From the NCBI GenBank assembly GCA_964016885.1, contig OZ024745.1:31930001-31994000 (forward strand): 64,000 nucleotides of DNA, read 5' to 3'. The stretch comes from Eledone cirrhosa (taxonomy: Eukaryota). Each line of letters starts with the position of its first letter. Positions within the stretch are counted from its first letter, which is position 1. The notes under the pieces are model-generated. The model saw only the letters and a program-made list of their open reading frames with translations. It made no database searches and had not been told where the DNA came from. Positions 37,441 to 51,400 of the stretch are shown here, piece after piece. The translations under genes and the position numbers were made by a program.

Positions 37441-40261
37441 AGAATATCTATTTGTTTACATTTTGTTCTACTGTACGGATGGACAGACAGAACAAAATTG
37501 CTATTGTGACATCCATGGATGAAGTGTGTGATAAAACTGGGTGATGTTCCAAAATAGAACATTGCCCAGAAAATCACATCTGTCATCTATGTATAGAACT
37601 AAAGAACTTCTTCCGAAATCAATGGGTCAAATGTGGCAAATGTCGTGTTTCTGTTTGCCTTCAATGTGCCACAAACTTTCAAAAGATCCCAGGTCAGAAA
37701 AAGAGACACCATACTTCTATGATGGATGGGCTCTGTGAAATTGTCCAGCTACCAAATTGGTCCTTTCAGTGCCTGGCCTATGTGTCTGCCTCTACCATTG
37801 CTGTTGAACAACAACAACAAAAAACGATGATCGTGTCTTCCTCAGCAAAAACCAACGACCGTAGCTTCCGCTACTACACCTGTTGAAGGACATCATCAAC
37901 AACAGCAACCCATGTCTTCCTTCCCCGTTACTTTTCAACAACAACAACCGATGACTGTGTCTTCCCCTACCAAATCGATGGGTTGAATGTGGCAAATGTG
38001 TTTCTGTTTGCCTTCAACAACAACAACCGATGACTGTGTCTTCCTGTTGAAGAAAAACAACAAAAGAAATCGACCGTCAATACGGAGTTTGAGGAAATCA
38101 AATGATTTCCACTTTCAGCCGAGAAATAGCAGGAATCAAATCAGAACCTCACATTGAGGGATCTTACCAGAGTGACTTGTTAAAAAATCTCCACGTACCT
38201 CTTGCCGAACCCAGACGCATTGAGAAAGCCACTGAATCTGTAAACCACGATGTGATTGCCATTGGTGTACCAGAAGACATATTTGATCTTCAGATATTTC
38301 CTGCCAGCTCATCCAAAGACTTGGGCTGTGATCCCCTGAAGGGTGTTCCCAGCCTTGGCCGACCAGGTCTGAAACTCAGGCTAATTAGGCTGTCTTTTAT
38401 GAACTCAACTGAGGCATGTTCATATCTTTTAGCCTCTGATAAACTTATGCGTGATAATCAGATTGCCTTCCGAACACGCCCTGGTCTTCCACCTGATGTA
38501 CACTTAAAGCTACATGCTGCAGCTTCCTTAAACTTCAACTCAGGACAACATGAAAGTTTCAGCCTACGTGATGATGGGCAGATATGGAAGTTTATGAAGG
38601 CTGGTAAAACATGGAAAAGAGATATCAGCTGGTCTGAAAACACTGTACCCACAACTGGCAATAAAAATATTGAAAAAACTCTGGGAAACTAAATCAGAAC
38701 AACCTGCCATCCCCTGCACATGATAGACTGAAATCAAGGTACAAATTGTTGTCCTTAAATGCATGTAGTCTATGCAATAAGATACATCTTTTGGATTCCT
38801 ACATGAAAAGTATCAACCCTGACGAAAACATGGGCACATTCCTTACTCTGTGATGGGGTTTTCAGCAGAGCTGGCTACAACTTGTTTTGTAAAGACCGCA
38901 TTAATTGTCGTGGTGGTGGTGTAATGGTCTTCATTCATTCAAACTTTTCAGCAATTGCGTTGATTTGAACCAATCGCAGTAGGATGTATTTTTCTGCGAT
39001 ATACGTATAACCATGTCAACACTGCTACTTGGAGTTGTTTACCGCCCCCAAATTACCATCAGGACACTCAGCCTTGTGATATCCTCAGAGCTGCTGCCAG
39101 GAAAATAGCCACTTATGTTTTTATTGCAGGGGACTTCAATCACTCTGAGATTGACTGGGAAACCTTTCGTTGGCTGCAAAGTACAAATGATTTCCTGAGC
39201 TAGTGCTGGACTTGAACTGGTCCCAAGTAGTCACCTCTCCAACAAGAGGTGACAACACTTTGGATCTACTCTTTACCACTACTGCTGAAAAAGTTATTAG
39301 TTTTACTACTGAGCAACCTTTAGGTGACACTGATCATGCTATGATCATTGCCAATCTGTCCCTCATGGGCAGTAACAAAAACCACAACCATCATTCCTGC
39401 AATCAAACTTGGACACAATGCAGCAATGGATCATGGATTGGCAACTCAAGTTGGCTGTGGAGATGTGTACCACCATGCATTTTGGGAGGAAAAACCCAGC
39501 ATCCACATACTCCTTCCACAACACTAAAATCAAGAAATCTTCTTGTGAACGTGACCTGGGCATTACAGTCAGCAGCGATTTGCATTGGACGAAGCACGTC
39601 TCTAAAATTGTCAAGAAGGCCGAGGGTGTCTTAGCATCACTCAGCGAGGCCTTTGTCAGCCACTCTCCAGCTATCTATGTAAAGCTGTATATAGCTATGG
39701 TGCAGCCACACTTAGAATTTGTATCACCAGTCTGGAACCCCTATCTTGCTCAGAACATTGACCTCCTGGAAACTGTTCAGAGACGTGCAACCAGGCGAAT
39801 ACCCTCCATCAGGCATATACCATACTCTGAATGCCTTGCTTCCCTGGGCATGGATACATTGAAGCTCCGACATCTGGCAACTGACTTGGTGAACACCTAC
39901 AAAATTATCAACCATCTTGCCAACAACAACCCTGAACACCTTTTTGATTTCCATTTGTCTAACACACGTGAGCATGCCTACAAAGTCAGAAAACAGAACA
40001 GCTCCAATGACGTCGGAAACATTTTTTCATGCTGAAGCATGGAACAAACTACCTGCATCAGTTGTTAGCTGTCGAGACACTGCATCCTTTAAAACCTCAA
40101 TGCTTCCTGAAATTCGCCAATATTACACCTGATATCCTCCCTCCATACACACATGTTCATTTTCCTGACATTTGAACATTATTCTATGTACTATACATGC
40201 ACCGTTGATGAGTTGTAGTGCACCTGAGCACCGTGCACAATAATTTCATTATTATTATTAT
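37440..40261 (+). mobile_element. CR1-clade LINE with the RT core deleted
   Basis: ORF1 PHD remnants (CGKC), APE motifs (AGDFNH..IDW, PTRGDNTLDL, LGDTDH) fused to the CR1 C-terminus (WQLKL, ERDLG, PHLEF..VWNP, VQRRATR); (ATT)n tail. Confidence 0.85.
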
Positions 40262-40893
40262 AAACTACCCCCTTAACAGAGGAACCAGCTATCAAAGTTA
40301 ACAGTTAGAGTTTTCTGACTGCGAATAAAGTGAAGATTCCTCTATTGTATGTTATCTCCAAAATAAAGATCTCTGTCTGTAGGCTAATTACTTGTGTTTG
40401 TATATTTACTTAGTATTTTTACAGTAGTGATTGATAAAATTAGTACCAGACTATAAAGAATAATTCCTGGGGTCTATATGCTCAACTAAATCCCTTTTAG
40501 ATGGTGCCTCAGCATGGACAAAGTCTGAAACTAGTTAAAGAATAAAAGAATATATATGTATCTCTCTACTATACCTTGTCTTATTTTTTTTCATTGTTCA
40601 ACATTATATATATATATATGATACAGTTAAATGTGTATATAAACTTACACATTTTATGTATATAGACATGTAAAAATGCCAAATATACGTATTACATTGT
40701 CAATTGAGAAAATGATAAACACTTCTTACCAGCTTTACTGTCTAATTCGTCTTTCATCAAAGTGGGTATAGAGATAAGGTTGAAGAGTTTCTGAACACAC
40801 AAGCTGAAACTGCTTAGTGCTGCAGTCGGGATTTTCTCTCTCTCTCAATACATACATACACACACACATACATACATATATATACATACATAC

Positions 40894-41672
40894 ATGGTGG
40901 CTGACAACTCGTTTTCGAGTACAGCCACTACTTTATATCCACATAGGAGAACCCCTACTGATGCGCTGAACAAGTGTGACTTTTTAGTCCAGCGAGCGAC
41001 TTGAAAACTCTGGTACAAACACTACACTTGTGACAATTATTGACACATAGTGCTGGGCCCATGGTACCATGTGACGACAAGAGCAGAAAGATCTCCAGAT
41101 ATAAAGCAATGCCTGTGCCGTGAAGCTTTTATAGTGAGCAAAGCCACTGCACAAAGCCAGTCCCACTCTCTTAACCAAGATGATATTTACCAAAAAGAAG
41201 AACAAGTCAACATCATTGGATACCATCAGGGTTGCAGGTGTTATATCAGAGTTTTCCTTCTCCTAGAATTCTGCCTTGACAAAGGCTAAGGGGTCATCTC
41301 TCCCGGTGATTTTGGATGGCCATTGACTCTTAAGAGCTCCTTTGCCTTTTGACAGGTTTTGTTTTTAGTCCTGCAGGATGTCCAAAGTCACCCTCCTCAC
41401 CAAGAAACCTTGGTGGGGTTGCCAGTTTAGTCACCAACGACCCGACCATGGGACAGGTTGTACTGGAATACATGTTACCAGTAGCACCAACTGGTGACCT
41501 GACATACGGCTGTTCCGTATAACCATGTCCATTACGAGCTGAGGATCTGCTAAGGTGAAACAATTGTTCTCGGTATGGTGAACTAACTGTTGTGTAACCA
41601 CTTCTACCTAACTCGTCCCATGGACTGAGTGCTCTACCACTACGGATATTACCTTCCTGTGTTCTACCACTA
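40894..41672 (-). mobile_element. Non-autonomous RTE-UTR-derived element with (ATGT)n tail, copy 1
   Basis: Minus strand carries AAACTGGCAACCCCACC and CTAGGAGAAGGAAAACTCTG motifs typical of RTE 5' UTRs; near-identical copies at 45809-46222 and 46226-46840; diverged relative at 49180-49710 (+). Confidence 0.7.
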
Positions 41673-41689
41673 TACATACATACATACAT

Positions 41690-44600
41690 CAGTCAACGCG
41701 ATCAGTCGCATATTTTGGCGTGGGAGACTATTTATTAAATTTAAGATGAATACTATCTCCGACAGTAATGCCACAACTACAGCCAGGTTGAATAACTGGT
41801 TATTCTTCTAACTATCTCTTCTGAAGACACCTTTTATTCGAATTTGTAGAGATATCCGACTAAATACATAATTCATTTTACAAGGATTTGCTACAAACAG
41901 CATGGCTGAACACAACATCAACAAGAAAATTAAGGAAGTATCGAAGACAAATAACAAAGAAGGTAATCAAACTTTATTCAGTTGTAGCTACAGAAGAAAC
42001 CGAAATTATAAATCGCATTTCTCTTGGAGTTACGAACTTAATAATGATTTATATAATTGTTATAAAATGGCAAAAAACAATCCCTCCATTGGCTATATGA
42101 ATAGAATGAAGCTACACTGGGACGAAATGCACCCAGAGCTAAATTATTTCACAGCGAAACAATTACGCCAACAAGCGACGTTTGTTGAACGTAAAAATAA
42201 GATAAATATTATTAATTGTAAGTCCCCCACAACAAACATGGAATCAACAACACATGCTACAGATCGCCATGTTACTAGACTTCCTAGCAGCAGGTCGAAC
42301 AGCGCCTTGAAACAACTATGCCTGTACCATCTAAGTCTACCTCGAATGCTGGGGAAAACACTATCGATAATAATAATAATCGTAGAAATAATAATAATAA
42401 TCGAATAAATGTGACACCACGTATACCATCCGAGTCTACCTCGACTGTTGTGGAAAATACTATCAATAATGATAATCAAAAGTATAAACAATTGAAAATT
42501 TCCCTCAATGAAATCTTCCAGAGAGAAATTAACTCATGTATAAATATCTCTCTGGCTGAACGTGTTAAAATGACAATGGTGAATAAAAAACCAAATAATG
42601 AAATACTACATGTTATTGACGAAATAGGGGATGAATATTTACGACGGATAAAAACCCCAACATTTTGGCAAATCAACGCCTGTTTATATGCCTTAGCAAT
42701 GACAGTGAAGCATTATCTTGGTGATAGCAGAGATATTAACAAGAACAAAACACCACCAAAAATACCATCATATATAACTAAAATAGAAAAAAAGAGTGCT
42801 GACCTACGAAAAAACATAGGACATGTGATAATGCTCCTTAGATGCAAACAAACACAAAATAACCTCACTCCTTACCAACAAAGAGTGAAAAATAAAATAG
42901 AGACGATGTTTGGTAACAGTAGAACCAGAACTCTCCAATATAAGCTGATCACCCTCAAACAAGAATTGAGAGCTGTTAGCGAAAAACGCCGATACCTGAA
43001 GAAGGTAGATGAGAGAAAAATGCTTAATAAAAGATTCAGACGAAACCAAACATCAGTCTATAGAGATATGAGGGCAAAATAATAAGTGTCACTGAGGCCC
43101 CATCCCAGAAAGACATAGATTCCTTTTGGAGAAAAATATGGGGTGAAAAGAAGAATTTCAACCAAGATGCAGTGTGGCTAAGAGAAATCCGAAAGAACTA
43201 TTGCTCCTACACTACAACAAAAACATACGAAATAAGTGAGGGTACCCTTGAGACTGTGATAGGAAAACTCCAAGATAAGAAAACACCAGGAAGAGACATG
43301 ATTGTCGGCTACTGGTACAAAAACTAATATTCTATCGGAGGTATCTTACTGACCTCTACCAACAAGTTCTTAAGGGAGATACACTTATACCAGAATGGTT
43401 GACATTAGCACAAACATTACTGGTCCCCAAGAACAAAGACACCCACTTGGCAAAAAACTACCGACCCATTGCATGCCAGAACCTGATGTATAAGATGTAT
43501 ACAGCCTGCCTCAACCTATTCCTCCAAGATCACTGTGAAAATAATAACATCATCACAGATGAACAAGCAGCTGGAAAGAAAAGGGTTTGGGGATGTGCTG
43601 AACAACTCCTAATCAACAAAACTGCGATGTCGGGGGTGCGACAACTTAGGAGGAATATGACTACAGTCTGGCTGGACTACAAGAAAGCTTTCGATTCTGT
43701 TCCCCACTCTTGGATGATAGAGGCCCTCCAACTTGCTAAAGTCCCAGACATTATTGTCAGAGCCATAGAGAGGCTGTCTTCTTCTTGGGCTACTATCCTA
43801 AGGTTAAAGACAGAGAGGGAGGACTCTATTTTCACTGATAAAAGAAAATATTACAGGGGTATATTTCTGGGGGACAGTCTCTCTGTGATATTGTTCATCT
43901 TGTCATTAAACTCCTTGTCCTTTCTGCTCAAGAAATGTGAGGGATACATCATTGGCTCACAGGAGGACAGAAATACGAACCTAACCCATAACTTCTTTGT
44001 GGACGATCTGAAACTCTATGCCAAGAACATGGATGGGATGAAGAAAAATCTTGACCTGGTTACAACGTTCTCAAAGGATATAGGAATGGAGTTTGGCCAA
44101 GATAAATGCTCATACATGACTGTAAAGCGGAGAAAAACAACAACCCAATCTAGCAAAATTGTCATCAATGGTCTAACTGTTTCACCGATATCTGATGAGG
44201 ACTGCTACAGATACCTGGGGATAGATGAGAACATATCCTATAATGGTATCTGTAATAAAGAACGCGTAACCAGGGAATACTACACCCGATTAAGAAAGAT
44301 CTGGTCATCGGAACTCTCTGCGCAAAACAAAACAGTGGCTCACAATGTGTTTGCTGTGCCTGTCCTAACACCAACGTTTGGAATACTCAATTGGACAATA
44401 GACGAAATCGGAGCAGTTGATGTTGGAACTCGAAAAATACTGAACAACACCGGAAACTTCCACATCAACAGTGACATAGACCGCCTTTACTTGAAACGTA
44501 AGCAGGGAGGCAGAGGCCTAACATCAGTCCAGACAACATTTGAATGTCGCATCATATCTCTCCGACAACATCTACAAACCTCGAAGCGTAGGAGCCCGCT

Positions 44601-45792
44601 TCTCGAGCAAGTCTATCTGCATGAAACAGATAAAATCATGAGAGTTGGGAAGGAACTCCTTGAGAGATATTCCCTGTGTGATAATCAAAAACTCACACCC
44701 AGGGATGTCGCTCAGCAGTATCGCAGTGAATCCATGGATGAAAAACTGCATGCCTATCACCAAAAAATCATGCATTGATATGTTGCCAGGAAGCTCCAGA
44801 GTGAGAGTAATATAGATAAGGAAAGTAGTCTATCTTGGACCAACAACCGCTATATTGGCTCCCACTTTGAAGGATACGCTTTTGCAATCCAAGAACAGGA
44901 GATTAGCACGAAATACCTGATTCACAAAAGAGATAGGGATGCAGGCAAAACACCTAGATGTGATAACAAGTGCAGACTCTGCAGCACTAACATCAAGGAT
45001 ATCACCCATGTCATCAGCAGCTGCCCAAAGATGTCATCGCGGTACTATCTACCTATGAGGCATGATGTAGTGGCCAAAACACTGTACAATGCAGTTCGTA
45101 AAAAAGATAGCCCCGATAACAAACACATTAAAAGCTACAACAATGTGGAAGACATCCATGTACATAATATGAAAGAGTACTGGTGGAATGTTCCAGTAAA
45201 AACCCCAATAAAATGCAGGCATAACAGACCAGACATTATGATATGGGACAGGGAGAAGAAAACATGCACAGTAGTGGAAATTAGCTGCCCAGCAGATGCC
45301 AATATAATATCAAAGATTAGTGAAAAGGAGAATATTTATGCAGAACTGATGAGAAATCTGCAGATACTCCACCCTGATTACATCTTCAGATTTATGCCTG
45401 TGATTATTGGGGCACTGGGATATGTTAGTAACTGCCTCAATACAAATCTTGAGAAGCTAGGCTTCACAGGAACAGAAAGAACACAACTAGTTAGGAAACT
45501 ACAAGTACAATCCATTAATGGAACAGTAAAAATATGTAAAACATTCCAAAAATGTTGCATCTAATAACTGCATATACACATGTACAGATACAAAGCATAT
45601 ACACATGCACACATACAACTCAAAACATCCACATCCACACATACAATAACATCCATATCTACACATGCATGTATACATACATATCTACCTAGTTGATGTT
45701 GTGTAAATTCCAATGAGAGAGTCTTGCGTCTATGTTAGAAACCGACTCTCTCTCTATTGGTAAAACTTTGTGAAATTATAAAACCAGAAGAA
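41690..45792 (+). mobile_element. Near full-length R4/Dong-clade non-LTR retrotransposon (RT + CCHC + restriction-like endonuclease)
   Basis: N-terminal W..N..CY..GY..RM..W motif; RT (NYRPIAC, WLDYKKAFDSVPH, GIFLGDSLS, FVDD, YLG, GGRGL); CRLC..ITHVISSC, RHD, RPDIM..VVEISCP; stops/frameshifts near 42400, 43080, 43326 and 44776; flanked by (CATA)n. Confidence 0.93.
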
Positions 45793-45808
45793 CATACATA
45801 CATACATA

Positions 45809-46840
45809 CATGGTGGCTGCCAACTCATTTTCGAGTACAGCCACTACTTTATATCCATGTAGGAGAACCCCTACCGATACTCTGAACAAGTGTGACTTTT
45901 TAGTCCAGCCAGCGACTTGAAAACGCTGGTACAAACACTACACTTGTGACAATTATTGACACATAGTACTGGGCCCATGGTACCATGTGACGACAAGTGC
46001 AGAGAGATCTCCAGATATAAAGCAATGCCTGTGCCATGAAGCTTTTATAGTGAGCAAAGGCACTGCACAAAGCCAGTCCCACTCTCTTAACCAAGATGAT
46101 ATTTACCAAAAAGAAGAACAAGTCAACATCATTGGATACCATCAGGGTTGCAGGTGTTATATCAGAGTTTTCCTTCTCCTAGAATTCTGCCTTGACAAAG
46201 GCTAAGGGGTCATCTCTCCCGGATACATGGTGGCTGCCAACTCGTTTTCGAGTACGGCCACTACTTTATATCCATGTAGGAGAACTCCTACCGATGCGCT
46301 GAACGAGTGTGACTTTTTAGTCCAGCCAGCGACTTGAAAACTCTGGTACAAACACTACACTTGTGACAATTATTGACACATAGAGCTGGGCCCATGGTAC
46401 CATGTGACGACAAGTGCAGAGAGATCTCCAGATATAAAGCAATGCCTGTGCCGTGAAGCTTTTATAGTGAGCAAAGGCACTGCACAAAGCCAGTCCCACT
46501 CTCTTAACCAAGATGATATTTACCAAAAAGAAGAACAAGTCAACATCATTGGATACCATCAGAGTTGCAGGTGTTATATCAGAGTTTTCCTTCTCCTAGA
46601 ATTCTGCCTTGACAAAGGCTAAGGGGTCATCTCTCCCGGTGATTTTGGATAGCCATTGACTCTTAAGAGCTCCTTTGACAGGTTTTGTTTTTAGTCCTGC
46701 AGGATGTCCAAAGTCACCCTCCTCACCAAGAAACCTTGGTGGGGTTGCCAGTTTAGTCGCCAACGACCCGACCATGAGACAGTTTGTACTGGGATACATG
46801 TTACCAGTAGCACCAACTGGTGACCTGACATGTATCCCGG
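45809..46840 (-). mobile_element. Two tandem 5'-truncated copies of the (ATGT)n-tailed non-autonomous element
   Basis: Direct repeats of 40894-41305 and 40894-41505; the third copy is flanked by tcccggatacat (46217-46228 and 46835-46846). Confidence 0.8.
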
Positions 46841-46853
46841 ATACATACATACA

Positions 46854-47152
<299 letters not shown>

Positions 47153-47621
47153 TATAGTTAAACAGGCTTATAGAGGAAAATATTCACTATGCCCTGTTTG
47201 TCTTATTACTCACTCAATGAAACAAGATTTAAACATATTAAACATGTAAATTGTACTCAGAATGCTCAAAGGTTATTTGTAATGAGTGTAATAGCACATG
47301 TATATATATATTATCTCACAGTCTCATCTAACAACTGAATAATAGTAAATGAATACTACAATCCTAAACTAACTTAAACTCACCACAGAAATACAATTAC
47401 TTAGCCACAAAACACAACTTTTAATAAATGCCATATGTCTATATGACGCCCCAACAACTAACTCCATCAGGAGTTATGGGAACATACCATACGCAAACTT
47501 TAAATATTAAATACTCACCCTTCAATGCTTCCCACATCTACTCCATCACTACAATTGTCTCTCCACCTGCTACTTAGTTGTAAGCTAGGAATAGCCCCAA
47601 ACTTTCCCAGAACTTCCTTAA

Positions 47622-47829
47622 CCTTTTAGCATTTACATTACTCTATATTTACTATTGTATTTTCATAGTAAACACTTTATCTTACATAATATCGAATCTA
47701 TGAGATTTTGATATTATTTATTTTGAGAACAATACCTTAACATAAGTATGAGCAGCTGGTTATGGCTAGTTTGAATAGAAAGAGGTAAGAGAGCTCTAGC
47801 CAGATATGGCCGGTTTAAATGCTAAAGGA
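47622..47829 (+). mobile_element. piggyBac-type MITE
   Basis: TTAA flanks, TIR CC(C/T)TTTAGCATTTA. Confidence 0.8.
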
Positions 47830-48032
47830 TTAATGATTGATATGTTACTAATTAAGACTAATAAAACTATTATTCAAATTAGTACTCCATATTTAAGGAA
47901 AGTAGAGTCTAGATATTATATGACAGATAGCTTATAATATTTGTGTGTGTGCGCATGCATGTGTATGTGTGTTCATGTTTGTGTTTGTATTTATGTCCTG
48001 TAACCAAGAGAGATCAGTACCAGACTTGAAAA

Positions 48033-48755
48033 AAATAAGTATTGGGTTCGATATGATTGACTAAAACCAATAAAAAAAGTATTGCGTTCAATATGATTGA
48101 CTAAAACCAATAAAATAAGTATTGGGTTCGATATGATTGACTAAAACCAATAAAATAAGTATTGGGTTTGATATGATTGACTAAAACCAATAAAATAAGT
48201 ATTGGGTTTGATATGATTGACTAAAACCAATAAAATAAGTATTGCGTTCAATATGATTGACTGAAACCAATAAAATAAGTATTGGGTTTGATATGATTGA
48301 CTAAAACCAATAAAATAAGTATTGGGTTTGATATGATTGACTAAAACCAATAAAATAAGTATTGCGTTCAATATGATTGACTAAAACCAATAAAATAAGT
48401 ATTGCGTTTGATATGATTGACTAAAACCAATAAAATAAGTATTGCGTTCAATATGATTGACTGAAACCAATAAAATAAGTATTGCGTTTGATATGATTGA
48501 CTAAAACCAATAAAATAAGTATTGCGTTCAATATGATTGACTGAAACCAATAAAATAAGTATTGGGTTTGATATGATTGACTAAAACCAATAAAATAAGT
48601 ATTGGGTTTGATATGATTGACTAAAACCAATAAAATAAGTATTGCGTTCAATATGATTGACTAAAACCAATAAAATAAGTATTGCGTTTGATATGATTGA
48701 CTAAAACCAATAAAATAAGTATTGGGTTTGATATAATTGATTAAAACCAATAAAA
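48033..48755. repeat. 40-bp minisatellite, about 18 copies
   Basis: aataagtattgggtttgatatgattgactaaaaccaataa units with gggtttg/gcgttca variants. Confidence 0.97.
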
Positions 48756-48765
48756 GAATAAAGGA

Positions 48766-49140
48766 ACATGCATATGTGTGTGCATGCATGTATTTTTGTC
48801 AGTCTCTCAGTATGTATGTACGTATGTGTGTGCATGCATGTATGTTTGTCAGTCTCCCGGTATGTATGTACGTATGTGTGTGCATGCATGTATGTTTGTC
48901 AGTCTCCCGGTATGTATGTACGTATGTGTGTGCATGCATGTATGTTTGTCAGTCTCTCAGTATGTATGTACGTATGTGTGTGCATGCATGTATGTTTGTC
49001 AGTCTCCCGGTATGTATGTACGTATGTGTGTGCATGCATGTATGTTTGTCAGTCTCTCAGTATGTATGTACGTATGTGTGTGCATGCATGTATATGCGTG
49101 TATGTTTGTTTGTCAGTCTCTCGGTATGTATGTACATATG
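48766..49140. repeat. 50-bp minisatellite, about 7 copies
   Basis: gtcagtctcccggtatgtatgtacgtatgtgtgtgcatgcatgtatgttt units. Confidence 0.93.
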
Positions 49141-50333
49141 TGTGTATGTATGTCTGTCTATCTGTTTGTCAGTATGTATGTCAGGGTGCTCTTCAGCGCT
49201 GCTGGTAACATGTAGCCCAGTACAACCTGTGCATGGTCAGGTTGTCACCAACTTAACTGGCAACCCCACTAAGCTTGCTTAATGAGGAAGGAGAGTGAAT
49301 TTGGACACCCTGCAGGATGAAAAACAAAACCTGTCAAAAGTCGGAGGAACTCAGAAGAGTCAACGGTCATCCAATAAAGTCTTTTTTTTGTTGTGAAGCA
49401 AGAGACTCTTTGTCTTTTAGAAGAAGGTCACTCTGATATAACATCTGCGACTTTGTTTGCATCCAGTGATGTGACCAGTTCTTTTTGGGGGAGGAAATGC
49501 ATTTGATGCGGATTGGCCCTGTGAAAGCCTTTCTTGAATTAAATAAGCTTCAAGCACAGGCATCGCTTGATATGAGGCATTTTTTGTGATGCACAGATTT
49601 GCTGGCCATAGGCAAGTCCCTAGCAGGACTAAAAAGCCACGTCCGTGATGCTTATGATTTAGTATCAAGTGATGGCATTACTCAAAATGGTGTTGCAACC
49701 ATCATGTATTTATGTATATCATGGTATGGAATAATCAGCTAATTTTGGCAGGAACTTATATTCTATAATCATTATCAAAGATTTATTTATAGCATAAATT
49801 CATTAGAACAATGCAAATGAATATGGTCTTTTGTTGTCTAGCTCTAGATTAGACCTGTTCCTAAAGGCTTATCATCAAATATCTCAACCATAATGATTCT
49901 GATTTTTATTCAGATAGTATATTAGTTCTATATTATCCAATATGTTCGTCCTTTTATGGTGTAGTTTCAGTGTATATAGCTACTAATTTTAGTGGCTATA
50001 TATATTTGACATAAATAAAGGCTATAAGCATTTTGCTGATAATGATTCTCGAGAAGAAGCAAACAAAACAAAAGGCATTAGGCAATATGAAATTAACAAA
50101 ATAGTTGTAACTTTTTTTTTATGTGTGAAATCTTTTGTCAGTAGCAATTAGTAAAATGATTTTATTTGAAAATACTCTAATATATTTCTAGGATAAAATT
50201 ACATAAAAATAATAACAAATTTAATATTTAGTCAAATATATAGAAAAAGAAAGTAGCATGTGGAAAGGGTTGTGTATAAGTCATCACTTATACTATTTAC
50301 TTGCTTCATCTTGCTTAACAATAACTGCTTTAA

Positions 50334-50538
50334 CCCTTTAGCATTTACATTACTTTATATTTACTATTATATTTTCATGTTAAACACTTTATTTCACATA
50401 ATTATCTCACATAATATCAAATCTATGAGATATATTTTGATATTATTTATTTCGAAAACAGTACCTTAACATCAGTATGAGCAACCAGTTTGAACAGAAA
50501 GAGGTGAGAGAATTCTGGCCAGTTTAAATGCTAAAGGG
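50334..50538 (+). mobile_element. piggyBac-type MITE
   Basis: TTAA|CCCTTTAGCATTTA...TAAATGCTAAAGGG|TTAA. Confidence 0.85.
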
Positions 50539-50720
50539 TTAAACATTTCAACCACAACAGTCTCATCCTACTGTTCTTTCTCATCTCTGCCTACTAATAT
50601 AAAAATATAGTTCCTATTAATCCAGTGCGTACATTATTCAATATTTTTCACCTAACATCTGACTAACATTGACTAAAACATAGTAACATTTTCCAGTATC
50701 AGCTTTGATTGATATCTTAA

Positions 50721-50940
50721 CTCTTTAGCATTTAAACCGGCCACATCTGGCCAGAATTCTCTCACCCTTTCTGTTCAAAGTAGCTGTAATCGACCGTTCA
50801 TACTGATGTGAAGGTATTCTTCACAAAATAAATGACATCAAAATCTCATAGATTCAATATTATGTGAGATAATTATATGAGATAAAGTGTTTACCACAAA
50901 AATACAATAGTAAATATAAAGTAATGTAAATGCTAAAAGG
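50721..50940 (-). mobile_element. piggyBac-type MITE, inverted relative to the 50334 copy
   Basis: TTAA flanks; body is the reverse complement of the other two copies. Confidence 0.85.
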
Positions 50941-50983
50941 TTAAGAAGCACTCAATCAAATCTGACTCTATGATTTTTAAAAG

Positions 50984-51325
50984 AGTGGCTTAGTGGTTAG
51001 AGTGTCGGGCTTACAATCATGAGGTTGTGAGTTCAATTCTTGGACCTGGCTTTGCATTGTGTTCTTGAGCAAGAGAGTTTATTTCATGTTGCTCCAGTTT
51101 ACTCAGCTAAAGAAATTAGTTGGGACATTACTGGTGCCAAGCTGTATCAGCCATTGTCTTTACCTTAGACAACATCGGTGGTATGGAGAGGGGAGATCAG
51201 TATGCATGGGCGACTGCTGGTCTTCTACATAAAACCTTGCCCAGACTTGTGCTTCGGAGGGAAACTTTCTAGGTGCAAATCCCATAGTCATTTGTGACCG
51301 AAGGGGGTCTTTACCTTACCTTTAC
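50984..51325 (+). mobile_element. Third tRNA-SINE family (same head type, (TTTAC)n-like tail)
   Basis: TGGCTTAGTGGTTAGAG A box, GAGTTCAATTC B box, CTTGAGCAAG box, tail tttaccttacctttac; a related head lies at about 63420-63560. Confidence 0.75.
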
Positions 51326-51400
51326 TGAGTAAATGTTTGTTGTTCGGTTTTATTAATTTACTTTAAGTATAAAATGACTCTCATTATTTTTATTTTCTAG

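Noticed and set aside
40984-41289. Repeated 72-80 aa ORFs (also at 45900 and 46317) as a gene family
   Set aside because: They are chance frames in near-identical copies of a non-coding repeat and have no recognisable domain.
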